This document shows, in pieces, positions 12,854-24,906 of a stretch of 64,000 nucleotides of DNA (its first letter is position 1; each line of letters opens with the position of its first letter). The translations under genes were made by a program, and so were the position numbers. This stretch comes from Paraphysomonas bandaiensis (lineage: Eukaryota > Protista > Chrysophyceae). Location: the NCBI GenBank assembly GCA_965644295.1, contig CBFFRP010000190.1, positions 6,921 to 70,920 of the forward strand, written 5' to 3'. Below the pieces are notes generated by a model. The model was given only the letters and a program-made list of their open reading frames with translations. It did not search any database and had not been told where the DNA came from.

Positions 12854-15800
12854 TTACCTTGGGTACCTCTGCGATAATTTGTTCAGTAGTCTTAAATTTT
12901 CCCCAAGATTTCGCTCCCTCTGTTCAATGAATATTGGACCACACAAATCCTTGGTATAAATATCAGCAATCTGTTGTCGACTGCTCACATGAATTAATTT
13001 CACTGTATTAAACTGTTCGGGATCTACATGCTCTCTAATCATATGATACTTAATCTCAATATGTTGTTTCGATCGTTGATGTTGCACTGGATTTTCGGAT
13101 ATATCCTGAGCACTTTGTTGACTATCCAGGAATAATGGTGTGGGCTCGTCAATTTTCAACCCTACTTCTCTAGTCACCCCCCGAGACCATATCATTTCCT
13201 GTAATCCGTTATATAAGCATTGATACTCTGCTTTCATAGTCGATGTAGCTACAGTAGACTGAAGTTTAGAACCCCACGATAGTGGTCCACCAGCTCCAAA
13301 CATATTATATCCTGAAGTCGACCTCCTCGTCAACGGATTGCCTGCCCAGTCAGCATCAGTGAACATATAAAGATCAAAATCTCTCCCTCTATAATGAATA
13401 CCTTTATCTGTAGTACCTCGTACATACTGCATTAAATACATCATGAGCTTACATACAGTGATATTAACTTTCGTAGAGAATCGTGACAATACTCCCACTG
13501 TATATGAGATATCCGGCCTTGTATTCATAGATAAATAAAGTAACGCTCCTATTAGTGGACGATGGGGAAAATTGTCAACTAATTCCTGCTCTTCAGTCGA
13601 ATGCACATGTTCCACTCCCACTTTGATCCTATCCATGACATCACTATGTAGTGGGTATCGCCGAGTCTTGTCCCTTGGACCCAGAAAATCCACATACTTC
13701 GCCAATATCTTTTTGATGTACACTGTCTGGTCAAGTTTGAGACAATTCTGAGTTCTCGTCACTCTCACGTTCTAAAACTGGCCAATCTCATTCATATCTG
13801 TAATATCGAACCTTTCACATACTCGTCGCTTAATTTCCAAAATAATACTCGTATCTCGACATGCTATCAGCATATCATCTACATATATTACTAACAGAAG
13901 TAATTCACCCCTGATCCGTGTAAAATATAAACATGGGTCAAGTATACATGATATAAAATGCAAGGACTTAATAAACTTGTTAAGACATTTATACCATGAC
14001 CGTGGTGAGCTTCGAAGACCATATAAACTTTTCTTCAGTTTAAAGCAGTGTCCTGGTGGCAATTTAAAATCTGGTGTAGCATACATATACACATCTCCTT
14101 GTATATCTGCATACAAAAATGCATTAGATACGTCGAGTTGATGCACCACCATATTCATAACAAAAGCGATTGCTAAAAGCAATCTCACTGTTACCGCTTT
14201 TACCACTGGAGCATAATTGTTGGCTCTGCCACCTTCATGGTCTCCGCATCCAAGTACCACAAGTCTTGCCTTATATCGTTGAATCGCACCCTCTTTGTTG
14301 CGTTTCAAGGCGAAAACATACTTAGATTTCAATGGAGTGACACCGGTAGGGATGGGCGTAACTTCCATGACTCCCCTACGTTCTAAACCGTCACGTTCAG
14401 CTTGTCTTGCTGAACTCCATTGCTTCCGTTCCGGCAACTCCAAGGATTCGGAATATGTCTGAGGCACCTTAGGTCCCGCTGACGAGCACCAGATGGAATC
14501 TGCCTCCTGTAATAGGCTGCACTCGTCTTCGACACATGACGACAATAAATGCATCTCACCCAAAACTGACACATTCGTCACCACCCTTGGAGCCCTTGCA
14601 CGCCTGCCCCTTGATGAGCGATCTGATGGAGCTTCCTCTCCCGGAGCACCTACGAAGTCAGAAGGGGATGGAACCGTCCCAGTCAACTGCTGTGATAAAT
14701 GTCCGCTGGTCCCGTCGTCACGAGATCCAGAACTTGCAGATGCTCTTGTTGCAAGGTCTTCACTCATCCGCTTTATATCGGCGATGTGAATAGGAGTCTT
14801 ATCTTCCACTTGCTCCGCACCACCAGACAATAGGGATCTATACCCTACAATCAAACCTTTTCGAACCAATATTCGTGTGGTCTTGTATAGGTGGCCGCCA
14901 TCTTCATGGGTCTTTCCGATTAAGTAATCGAAGTCTCTAATATTTCGTTCCTGAGGATCCACAGCAACCATGGCCTCGTCCATTTCTCGATAATAATCCG
15001 CCGATCTCTCAGGCACAGATTCATCGAATAAAACATGCACAGACGTAACTATAGTATCTCCAATCAATACTTGGTATCCCATTTGCTCCTCTGGGAACCC
15101 TACAAAGTATCCAGTCTGTGCCTTTTCTTCCCAGTCTTTCCTGCGATCTGCCTTCGGAATGAGAACGTACGCCTTGCACCCCCATTTCCGTAACCAAGAA
15201 AAATCTGGCACCGTTCCTCCAGGAACACACTCGTAGGGTGACATCCACCCTCTATAGGTCTTTGTGGGTAATCTTCTAAGAACCCAGCATGCATGTCTAA
15301 AGGCTTTCCACCACTCCGCTTTTGGCATACCCGATGACAATAAAAGCGATAATGTCATTTCTCCTAGTGTCCTGAATTTCCGTTCTGAAACACCGTTTAA
15401 TTCTGGTGTCTCCCTAGTAGTGTAGGAGAATGTGGTTCCAAATTTTTGTAACAAGTATTCTTTGATTCGCCTGTCCATCAACTCTGGTCCACCATCAGCA
15501 TGGTACTGCTGTATCCTGTTCCACCCTGGGTATTTTGGTAGCCTGACTTCACAGAGATGCTTCACGCATTTTAACACTTCATCCCCAGTTCTCGTTCGTA
15601 GACCGTATTCCCAGAATTCTTTCGTAGCCGTATCTACAAATACAAGTGCGTACTTATACCCCTCCACAGATGGACAATTCATATAAACCGAAATATCCAC
15701 TGTAATACGCTCCAGGAATGCTGTCGCCTTCATCTCTACATTCTGGTCACTTTGTCCTCGAAATGCATGTCTAGTGATCTTCGCCTTAGCACACCACTTG

Positions 15801-17474
15801 CACAAACTGGTCTCACACTTCTTTTTGGTAGTCTTAGATAAATGATGTCGCTGTAGCCCTGTTCCCTTGATCAGCATATGTCTATGAGCCTCCAATAGTT
15901 TTCCCTTAGCAACATGACCGGCCCTTTCGTGCAGTAAATCGAGGGGGTCCTGCTGAACTGTATCGGACAGCATCACTTCACTGCTTCCCCCCCCCATTAC
16001 ATAATGGCAGGACGATATGCAAGGTAAATTTAACACATCATGCAATGCCACCCATGGCATTCCTCCATGCTCATCGTAATTTCCAACCAACACCTCTCTG
16101 CCAGTGTTCAATTCTACGATTTTTGGTACTCTCAGTAATTCGAGTCCATACCCCATAGCCCGCAGCATACCTCCAGAGACAATATTCTTCACTGCATCGT
16201 TACATACTTTGATGCCGTGCCACTGCTGAAAACTTCCCACTCCTTGGGTCTCCATCGCCGATCCCTTTTTGGTCAGTGATATTACTCCCGGCTCTTCTAC
16301 ATACTTCTCCAGCACTCTATCATCCTTGACGATAAACAACTGCTTTCCAGCACAACTATCCAGGTACACTCATTCATCTCCAGTTTCAGTCAGAAGTACT
16401 TCACCACCTATCATGTTGGTCTCCTCTCCAGATGAAACGTCATCATCTACATATTTGGACCACCCCACTGATGAACTCTTCTTAACCTTCTTGGAGCCTT
16501 TTTTCTCATATTTTCTATCGATCTTCCTCTTGTTCCCTCTTTTGCACTCAGCAGCCTTGTGTTCTTTGCTACCACAATGAAAACACCCTGTATATGCTTC
16601 TGAACCCACTTGTTGCGCTCCTTTCCTCATATTCTTTGCTTTAGCCTTCCCATTTCGCTTGAACTTCTGGAAAATTTTATTTTTGTGTTTGACACGACAC
16701 ACACTTGCAGTATGCCCTTTTTTCATACAGAATGAGCATTTGACATTCTCCACACCTCCTTGTGGTCCGAGCATATTGACCTGTTTTCCTTGTTTGTCAA
16801 TTTCGAACTCCTCCAGTTGTCGTTTAGCCTCATCAAATTCTTCGCACGCGTCTTTAACTATCTGATACGTGGTCGTTGCTTTAGGCAGCATTGCAATAGC
16901 TAACCACAACTCCTTCAGCTCTGGAGTATGTATGGACTTTTTGATCTTGGCGAGCTTGCTCTCCTCGGTTGGCGGCTGTCCCAACTTTGTTAATTTCTGA
17001 ATTATCCCATTCAGCCTATCAATACCAATAGCGACCTTTTCATTGGCTCTAATTTTAAAGCTATGGTATTCCGCTGTAGTCTTCTCAAGTACATTTCCCA
17101 ACTCCCCCCTAAACCTATCCACCAGCGTCTGAAGCATTTCATTGGACAAAACTTCCTTATTGGGATCATCATCTGGAAGTAACGCCTTCGCCTCCATGTA
17201 TTGATTGGCAACCTCCAATACATCTGCGTCATGTTCACAAGCCTCCCAAATCGTTGCAACACACGTGTCATTTCGCTCATGCCATAATTCTCGTGCTCTG
17301 CCTCCTCCAACAGGTTTCGGCTCTAACCCCAGATGGTTCCGATTTTTCTTCATCAGATGAATCCTTATTTTTTTGAGCAGACGCCTCCGCCTGATACTTG
17401 TCGAACTTCAGCACCTTGTTGTCCTCCTTCGTCTCTTCAGTGCTACCACTCGCTACCATGTTAACAATGGACAT
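12854..17474 (-). pseudogene. Copia B gag-pol with +1 frameshift (A7 run near 17370) and in-frame stops at 16370-16372 (TGA) and 13772-13774 (TAG)
   Basis: ORFs 17277..17474, 16370..17353, 13772..16369 and 12854..13768 are collinear with elements A and C; RNase H motifs DADWA and KQHIEIKYH. Confidence 0.92.
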
Positions 17475-17804
17475 TTCACTGAAGTTAACTTTGCTCTACG
17501 CGTAAACCGTAACCTTGCTGTTGAACACAATGCACTTTCAAGTAAGAAATTATAATTATTATTCTGAACACTTCACTACATATTCGTGTAACATATGTTG
17601 AAACATCTGTTCCCAGCAACACCTGTTTATCATATGTTCATCAGTCAGTTCTATATCTTGTATAGTCACACATCAGTAACTGAATTTAATTCCTTTGTAA
17701 CTATAATCACCCGTTACACCTATGAGTTGACTTTATACCTATTGCACACTGTTAACTCACTTCAATTGCACAATATATATCACATCATATTGCAGAACTC
17801 AACA
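17459..17804 (-). repeat. 5' LTR of Copia B
   Basis: Direct repeat of 12342-12687, adjacent to the PBS. Confidence 0.97.
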
Positions 17805-18123
17805 GTACAAGGTACAACGGACCCTAATGAGCGTCATTTGTGTAGACATATTTTGGCCTTAACGAATAAACAGGCATCCTGGAATGGGCGTTTGGGGTAT
17901 CTGAAGTCAAGCATCCGGGCTGTTTACCTCAAGGACTCAAAAATCCTGAAGTCAGCAAATGTCAGGTATATTAACATTCTACTTGCTCACTGCGTTTGCA
18001 TTGAGCTTTAGTGCGAAAGTGGAAGCACCTTGGTGCTTGTGGTGATACACAAGAAGCTGATTTCGTAGCGTTAAATATTAAATAGTAGGATATCAGAGCT
18101 AAGTACTGGTTAACCTAGGTCTA
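17805..18123. repeat. Dispersed repeat X, copy 2 (right part)
   Basis: Continues the match to 29045-29220 and to 4116-4340. Confidence 0.85.
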
Positions 18124-18611
18124 AGGAGTATCGCCCCTTGTCCAAATTTAAAACTAGGGCTTTCCCCTCGAATTATGAGCGCGGAACGAATAGTCTCCTT
18201 ATTACCTGTGTTAAATATAACTATATCAATATGAAAGTCGGAAACTGTAAAACATGCACCGCTCATAGCAGCATATATATATTACAGAATATATTCCGCG
18301 CATTGACTTGCTTAATCCAAAACACTTGCTTCATTAACGTTATTCGGACATTCTAAACATAGAGAGAGAACATTGACTTAAAATTATTTTAGACTGGTGA
18401 TGTTAACTGAAATATATGTACCATCGCAACCTATCTAGTTTCATACAAAATATATGTACAAGTGCAAAATGGGGTATGAGTACTGCTCGCCAGTATACCA
18501 AAATGGTGGCCGATGGACACCACTCAAGACTTACTTCTACTTCAATGTCAAATCAAAACTATATCATCATGCACAATACAACTACGTGGTGTGTGTGCAT
18601 CAAATATCATA

Positions 18612-20368
18612 TTAATGAAGTAATTTGTACTCTTCATTCGACGGCTCATCTGTTCCTGCGCAGCAGTAATCAACCTTTGTTTTGGGTGGAGACGCGAGAT
18701 TAAACAGAGCGTAACCAGCAGCGATTCCACAGAGCACCATACAAAATATCTCGACGTTGTAAGTCATTGCACAGAGCATAAGGAAATATCCCATGCAGAC
18801 CTGGGCAGCATGAAGCAGTACCATCAGTGCATCCCGCCACCAAGACCACTGTACCCGCTTGGCGAGATCTCTGCGCATTTTAGTGATATACTCCACAAGC
18901 ATACCCAGCATGAACACGCCTAGGCAACCAATAGCAAATTTCCACCTCGAGTCCAATGTCCAGTCGGTAAACAAAAGGTTTATACAGAGGATATCAGCAC
19001 TGTCCTCTTGCACAGTCGAAGCAAATCCATCCATATACATTGTGGTTCCTGGTCCAGTACAAAAGCTCGAGCTTGATCCTGTGGAATTCCCTTCACCACT
19101 ACCCAGACACTGAAGTTCACACGCCTCCATCCCACCTGTATATTGATTACAAGTCCAAAATATGTTATAGTAAATCAAATACCTGACGAGGGACAATCAA
19201 CCACCCCATCCACGGGTTCACCTGTCACAGTGTCCACACACTCTGCCTGGAGGCCACACGATAGCCCGTCCACGGGCATACATTGTTTCCAACAGTAAAC
19301 ACCAGTACCACCATCACACAGAGTATTCTGCACCACCTCGTATCCCAGCCCGTGAGTGGTGGATATAGTGATGGAGTCGCATACGGAAGGAATGTAGTCC
19401 AAGTTCCTTCCCTGGAGCTCCTGGTTTCTGTATTCCTCGTACGTGGCGGTGCCGATTTTTGCATCAGATGGAGGGAGGTACATTTTACCATACCAGCTGC
19501 GAGAAAAAAATTCATCCGTGCCTGCACCCCATGCGGGTATAAGGGCGTGCGGAACAGGACGCAAGTCAGCTCCTAGAACAGGTTGCAACCAGGTTGCGCC
19601 ACCCTGTCCAACCATAACTACAATGGCATCATCCTCTGCCCCGACCTCCACCACTAAGCCAGAAGGAAGCTCCATGTATAGACCGTTACGAGAGTTGATA
19701 GGGTCTTCACTGACGCTTGTGTATAGCCCGGTGGTCATGGCAATGAGAAGACCAGCATCAATATGCATGTCGAGTGCAGGGCCTCCACTATTCTCTGTGG
19801 GTGAGTAGTAAGCATGCAAATGTTCAAGATGTTCCCCATTCCGCCCAATCGATTCAAAAGTGGTATAAGGGGATAATAACTCCTCAGTGCCCTCGTCAAC
19901 TGCTTTTCTGAGAGCAGCTGCCTTGTCGAGCAGGCGAAAGAGCTGAGAGACAGTGGTGTCAACTACGGTGCGCAAGGCAGAACTAGGAGCACCACAAGAG
20001 CTCGACATTTCCTGGGGAATACCATGCACACTCTGAGCGGCGCTAGTGACTCGGCGGCTCCCATCTTGCATCGTTATCTGGGCGGCACCTTTATCTGTAC
20101 TCAGGCAGTGGGCCAAATCCGACAGTGCTAGATATCTGGACTGCTCAAAATTCGGAATCCCTGTAACTTGTAGAGCTCCAATAGTTACAAGTGCAGTCAT
20201 AACATCTACAGAAGCAGACTCTGACTGCATGAGAATATCGCCGAAGTCAATGGCGGGGAGTGTGTAAACAGCCGCGTTGGTGGATGCTTTACTGCCTTCT
20301 GAGCCAGACGCGAAAAATATCCCAGCCGACACGACCAAAATAAACAACGATGATGATATTCGCATCAT
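18612..20368 (-). CDS. Ctr-family copper transporter fused to an N-terminal 2OG-Fe(II) oxygenase-like domain and Cys-rich linker (2 exons, about 569 aa)
   Basis: A 47-nt GT-AG intron (19136-19182) joins ORF 19175..20368 in frame to 18612..19196. Signal peptide, MHIDAG...VPHAL (HxD...H), and Ctr features MYMDGF, LLFTDW and GYFLMLCAMTYN (MxxxM). Confidence 0.8.
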
Positions 20369-20637
20369 CGAGGAATTGATGAACTTAACCGCGAATTAAT
20401 TGTGTGTTAATATATTTCAATACACCGCCCAGAGCGAGTTTAACATACATACATATACATATATATATATATATAATGTACACCACTGATGGTATACATA
20501 TTCAGGAAATTGATTAGATGGGAATATATTCGCTAAAAAGTGAAAGTTTTTTTCACTTTGTACTCTAAAATCGATAATTTTTATGTTCGGAAAACTAATC
20601 TTTATTGTTTGCTCCAATTGACATCAGCCACAACTTC

Positions 20638-22270
20638 GACTATGGTGTATGGTATGTGCGTATACATATACTTCAATGTCGTAATTGAATTACAGAAAAT
20701 TCTTCACATCTTCGGATTCATCAGTTGAGTCTCATTGCATCCCTCTTGCATACAATGATCTCTGTACTTATATGACAGAGCTAATTATTCGTTACATTCT
20801 CTTGTACTGTATAATTTAATCTGAATGAATCGATACTGTGGAGGCGTTGGTTCCCTTTATGTGTTGGACCCATAGATTGTATATCTTCAACACGACAATT
20901 TGCTGAATTCCTTCAAACTGAGTGCAATGTACTGAGTTATCATCCCCTTCTGAATCAATAGCCACAGTTCGGAGGTAATGTAGACACCTGCAGCAAGGAT
21001 GACTCATACTATACATGTAATTGTAGAAATGTGTTCTTAAATCGATGCTACAGCTGTTGTATAGCGATATTAGGTGTGAGCGGACAGAAAACTGTGTACT
21101 CTAGTGGTTTCAAAGTTATGACAACCAGTTGCTTATTAATCAACCTGCTTCCCATCATATTCTTTTCTGTGTTGCGCTGAAATTAGCCGCTTTTATTGGG
21201 CATGAATTTGTACAGTAAAATATAAGTTTTAAATTAAACATAGCTAAGTGTCATATCTAGAAAGTCACGAGTAATTTAGACGTACTTAGCAGTTAGTTTA
21301 GTTATACCGAAACTGTTCTGATATCGAAGTATAGTATTTATTAAAGTTGATTTATTTACACAGCCTAGTCAGTACCAGGGCTAGGGAGCAATAAATTACT
21401 ATACGATATGACTATCAAATATTGATTGCAATATATTGTGAGCAACTTTAACGGAAACTATATTGATGGAATATTTGGCCGGTATACCCAACCAATATAC
21501 TTGATAATACATTGCAATTCAATAATATCAGTTCCCTAGCCCTGGTCAGTACACAACAACTCTACACAGTTTATAGAATATATTCAATAGTCGCAATTGT
21601 TACATTATTCTACTGGTACTACTTCCTGGAGATGAAAGCAGAAAATATTACAAACATCGACATTTAGAGGGCAATCTTTACATCATAAACTCTTGCTAGT
21701 GAAATATTTTGAACTGTAAGCGTTCTGATGACAATGAGAGAGCGTTTATAAGCACATTCGTGGTGATATGAAGAGATGATGCCTTTGCTTTCATCATCTG
21801 GAGAGCACAGTGTCATTGGAGCAGAGGGGAGAATTTATCATGGATAATGTCACGACACAAAGCTTTTGTATAGCATTCCTTACAGAGCTTAGTCAGTACA
21901 CGACAACTTGCTACATTATAAAGTATTATCATACACAATTCACCAATCACTTAAATGTGAAATTTACTTTGGGTTAGGAGGAAATTCAATGGTTGTGATA
22001 ATACATACAGTCCACCTTCAGTATGATTTTCTTATCTTTATCAGTAGACTGCAGCTTACTTGCCGGCATAGAGTATAGAAAATGCTACCATGTTCTATTG
22101 GTAATACTTCCTTCGAGATGAAAGCAGCAGCATAACCTGGTAAAGAAATATTCTTCAATTGACTATGGTATAGCTACGGCATACATACATACATACATAC
22201 ATATACTTCAAAGTCGTAATTGGATTATAGAAAATTCTTCACATCTTCGGATTCATCATTACAAACATCA
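20638..22270. repeat. Degenerate local duplications (20638-20725 vs 22161-22258; 21361-21660 vs 21885-22270)
   Basis: Shared blocks such as gaaaattcttcacatcttcggattcatca, tagtcagtacac.acaac and gagatgaaagcag. Confidence 0.7.
21376..21544. mobile_element. hAT-family MITE (169 bp)
   Basis: TIR CAGGGCTAGGGA.../...TCCCTAGCCCTG with 8-bp TSD GTCAGTAC (21368-21375, 21545-21552); empty paralogous site at about 21892. Confidence 0.9.
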
Positions 22271-22767
22271 GATATGCCTTTTATCGAGTGCTAATGGTGA
22301 TGTGAAAGTGTTCTTATCTACATAGCAGATTCACTGCAACAGAGAGGTAGGTAACAGTCTCATATATACATACACATACATATAGCTGTCTCTAACCGTA
22401 TCTTAGAACTCTGTATCAGGAGTACGTGGTATGAACGTAGTAACAACAAGCCGTCAGCTGCACTCATCCAACATAAGTACACAGAATAGAATCCATGTGG
22501 ATGTCACAGTATGATATCAACACAGAAACACTTCTCTACTATGTCCACTTCATTGTATATTTATCCAACTATTTTACTGTATTTCTTACAACAGAAAATT
22601 GATTGGATAAAAGGTATTTCTTTGTTGTTTTTGTCGTGTGATGATGGAGTTCTGAGCTGAGCGCGCTATGATTCAACTGGTACACAACACAGTCATAAAT
22701 TCATGTGATCCATTTATTAACTTCATTCGTATCAAACTAACATTATAATCTGTGAACAATCGTCACA

Positions 22768-24326
22768 ATGCCGTTTTTACCTGATGTTGCAACTAATGCT
22801 GAAAGCAGACGCAATACGCGGAGATCTGCGCAGCGTCGAGAGTCGATTCGTCTCCATTTGACTCGTATCGGAAACTTGAGGGGGTTATTCGCTCGATCTG
22901 GAGCCTATAGTGTCGACACAAACCATGAGACACCATCACGTTCTAACAGTGAAGATGATATTGGGTCACATCCAAGCACACCATCGAAGGGGTCGGATAA
23001 GTTGTGTCCTCTGCCACAGCTGAGTCCCCAAGAAGAAAAGACATCCTGCATAGAGATACTGCATTCCCCTCAAAGACGTAAATCTGCTGATAACACTGAT
23101 GATGCTCAGCCTCAGGCCCCTAAGCCAAAGCACATGTTCAGTGGTCCAATGATATTCTGCAAGCAGAAGCTTGATACCAAAGTCGACATATTCCTACATG
23201 AGTCACTCCGATACTTTGAAGTTAAAGCACTTGATGTCGAGAAGAAGAAGCCTCTTCCCAGTCTTTTTATCCCTCTTGACAAGATTGTCAAGATAAATGA
23301 GAAGGAGTTTAATGGAAAGTATCGAGAAGTGGTTGCACAGAGAAGAGATCTGGTGGAAAGGGCACAACTCACATCTGCAATAGAATACGTTATGAATTCT
23401 TTGAGCATAATGCCATCTGAAGAGGGTCCACAATTGAAAATATCTAGATACAATGGTAAGTTTGACTATGAGTTGTTGCTAGCTTGGTGTGAATGTTTCT
23501 TCAGCGGAGGAGAGAGCAACTGAGGTTCTTAATGAACCAAAGCCAGAAGATTTGGTGGAAACTGCTTCAAACTACTGGAACAATGAAAGTAAGCCTCAGA
23601 ATAACCTCTTCGGGTAAATAAGCACCTATATTAATGCGGCTGGGTGTAACTTCTCTATGTTAATATAGAAGCACTTGCAGAGATCAGAGAATAAAGACCG
23701 CGACTAATATGTCCGATTCTATCGCACGTGACACAAAATTGTCTGACGAAGAATCTGCTCGAGCTGTTCTTTACCAGAAGCAAGCAGAAAAAGAGATGGA
23801 AACCGTAAAATCCAATTCTGAACATTCTATTACCCGATCATATGGCTGTGAGGCTAGTGTTAACCCCAACAAAAACTCTAAGGCGAAGTGGGCGTGGTTG
23901 TGGGCGTTCAAAAAGGTCGTGGTTTTCAATCGCATTGAACGAGCAATGATGGATATATTCACTAAGTAATGTTACATCACACGATTCTTTATGATTCTAA
24001 TGAATATTTTATGAACCTTTAGAGTTATAGAGGAGCGTAGGGCTGCCGAAATTCTTCAGCGAAACTCCCCTCTTTCCACTGCTATAAAGCGCCTTGAAAA
24101 AGTGCGAGGAAGATTCCGAAGGAAGAGAGTAAGCAGTATTAACTATATGAAGCGACCAATGCTTATTACCGACACTCCCTCTGATCCCCACTCTGGAGAC
24201 CATGGTACCTTGCGGTTGAAGCGCTCGAGAAATAAGAACTCTCCCCCCAGAAACCCCTCCACAACCTTACCAGCAGTCAAACGACGCCCCCATATGATGC
24301 CTCCTCTGCGAGCTTGCAGAGCGTAA
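22768..24326 (+). CDS. Hypothetical protein, multi-exon
   Basis: Consecutive plus-strand ORFs (22768, 23709, ~24022-24326) separated by short GT-AG intervals; no family recognised. Confidence 0.55.
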
Positions 24327-24906
24327 GGAAATATGATAAGCATCTGCTACTGTGAAATATGAGTCTGCAACGCTGCGTGTAGAATGAGTTGGAATCACGA
24401 CTGCGATATTCGGTATAGATGCCGCTTTCATTTTACTATGGTTTTATTTTTTAACCTCATTATGATAGAAGTTGTATCTTTCAAAAGATACCACTGTTTG
24501 TTTTTTATTTACTTTATTGCAAAAGGTGTATATAGTAACCATAATAAGTCTATTGTAAGTATAATTCCAAAATTGGCTTTTATTAATAAGCACTGTGTCA
24601 AAGTATGGATCCTGCCACACCTAAAATGACATTATTCTGTTTCTGAAAGCTGAGTCAAGTGTTCAATTCTGTTCTAATTGATATACACCTATCTACGTTG
24701 CAGGCATTCGGTTTCGTAATATTAATGTCACTACTTCACTAAGCAGTAGCATAAATTTGACAACCGTCGTTAAGATTCATACGACCAAATATAGTATTCA
24801 CGTTAAGTTGTTGCACAAAACACAATAGAGGAATAAAATTCATACTCAGCAAATCACAATAATAATGAAGGAATCTCCTATCTCACATGACGTTATACGT
24901 CAGAAT

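Larger units (their letters stand above)
12342..17804 (-). mobile_element. Full-length but defective Ty1/Copia LTR retrotransposon B
   Basis: 346-bp LTRs (12342-12687, 17459-17804) identical by eye with TG...CA ends, TSD GTACA, PBS TGGTAGCGAG (17449-17458), PPT ATTGAGTGGGAG (12688-12699), gag-PR-INT-RT-RH order. Confidence 0.97.

Noticed and set aside
16370-16372. Programmed stop-codon readthrough at the gag/protease boundary of Copia B
   Set aside because: Element A has Arg at the aligned position and C is continuous, so CGA>TGA mutation is simpler. There is no CARYYA-type context, and B carries other lesions.
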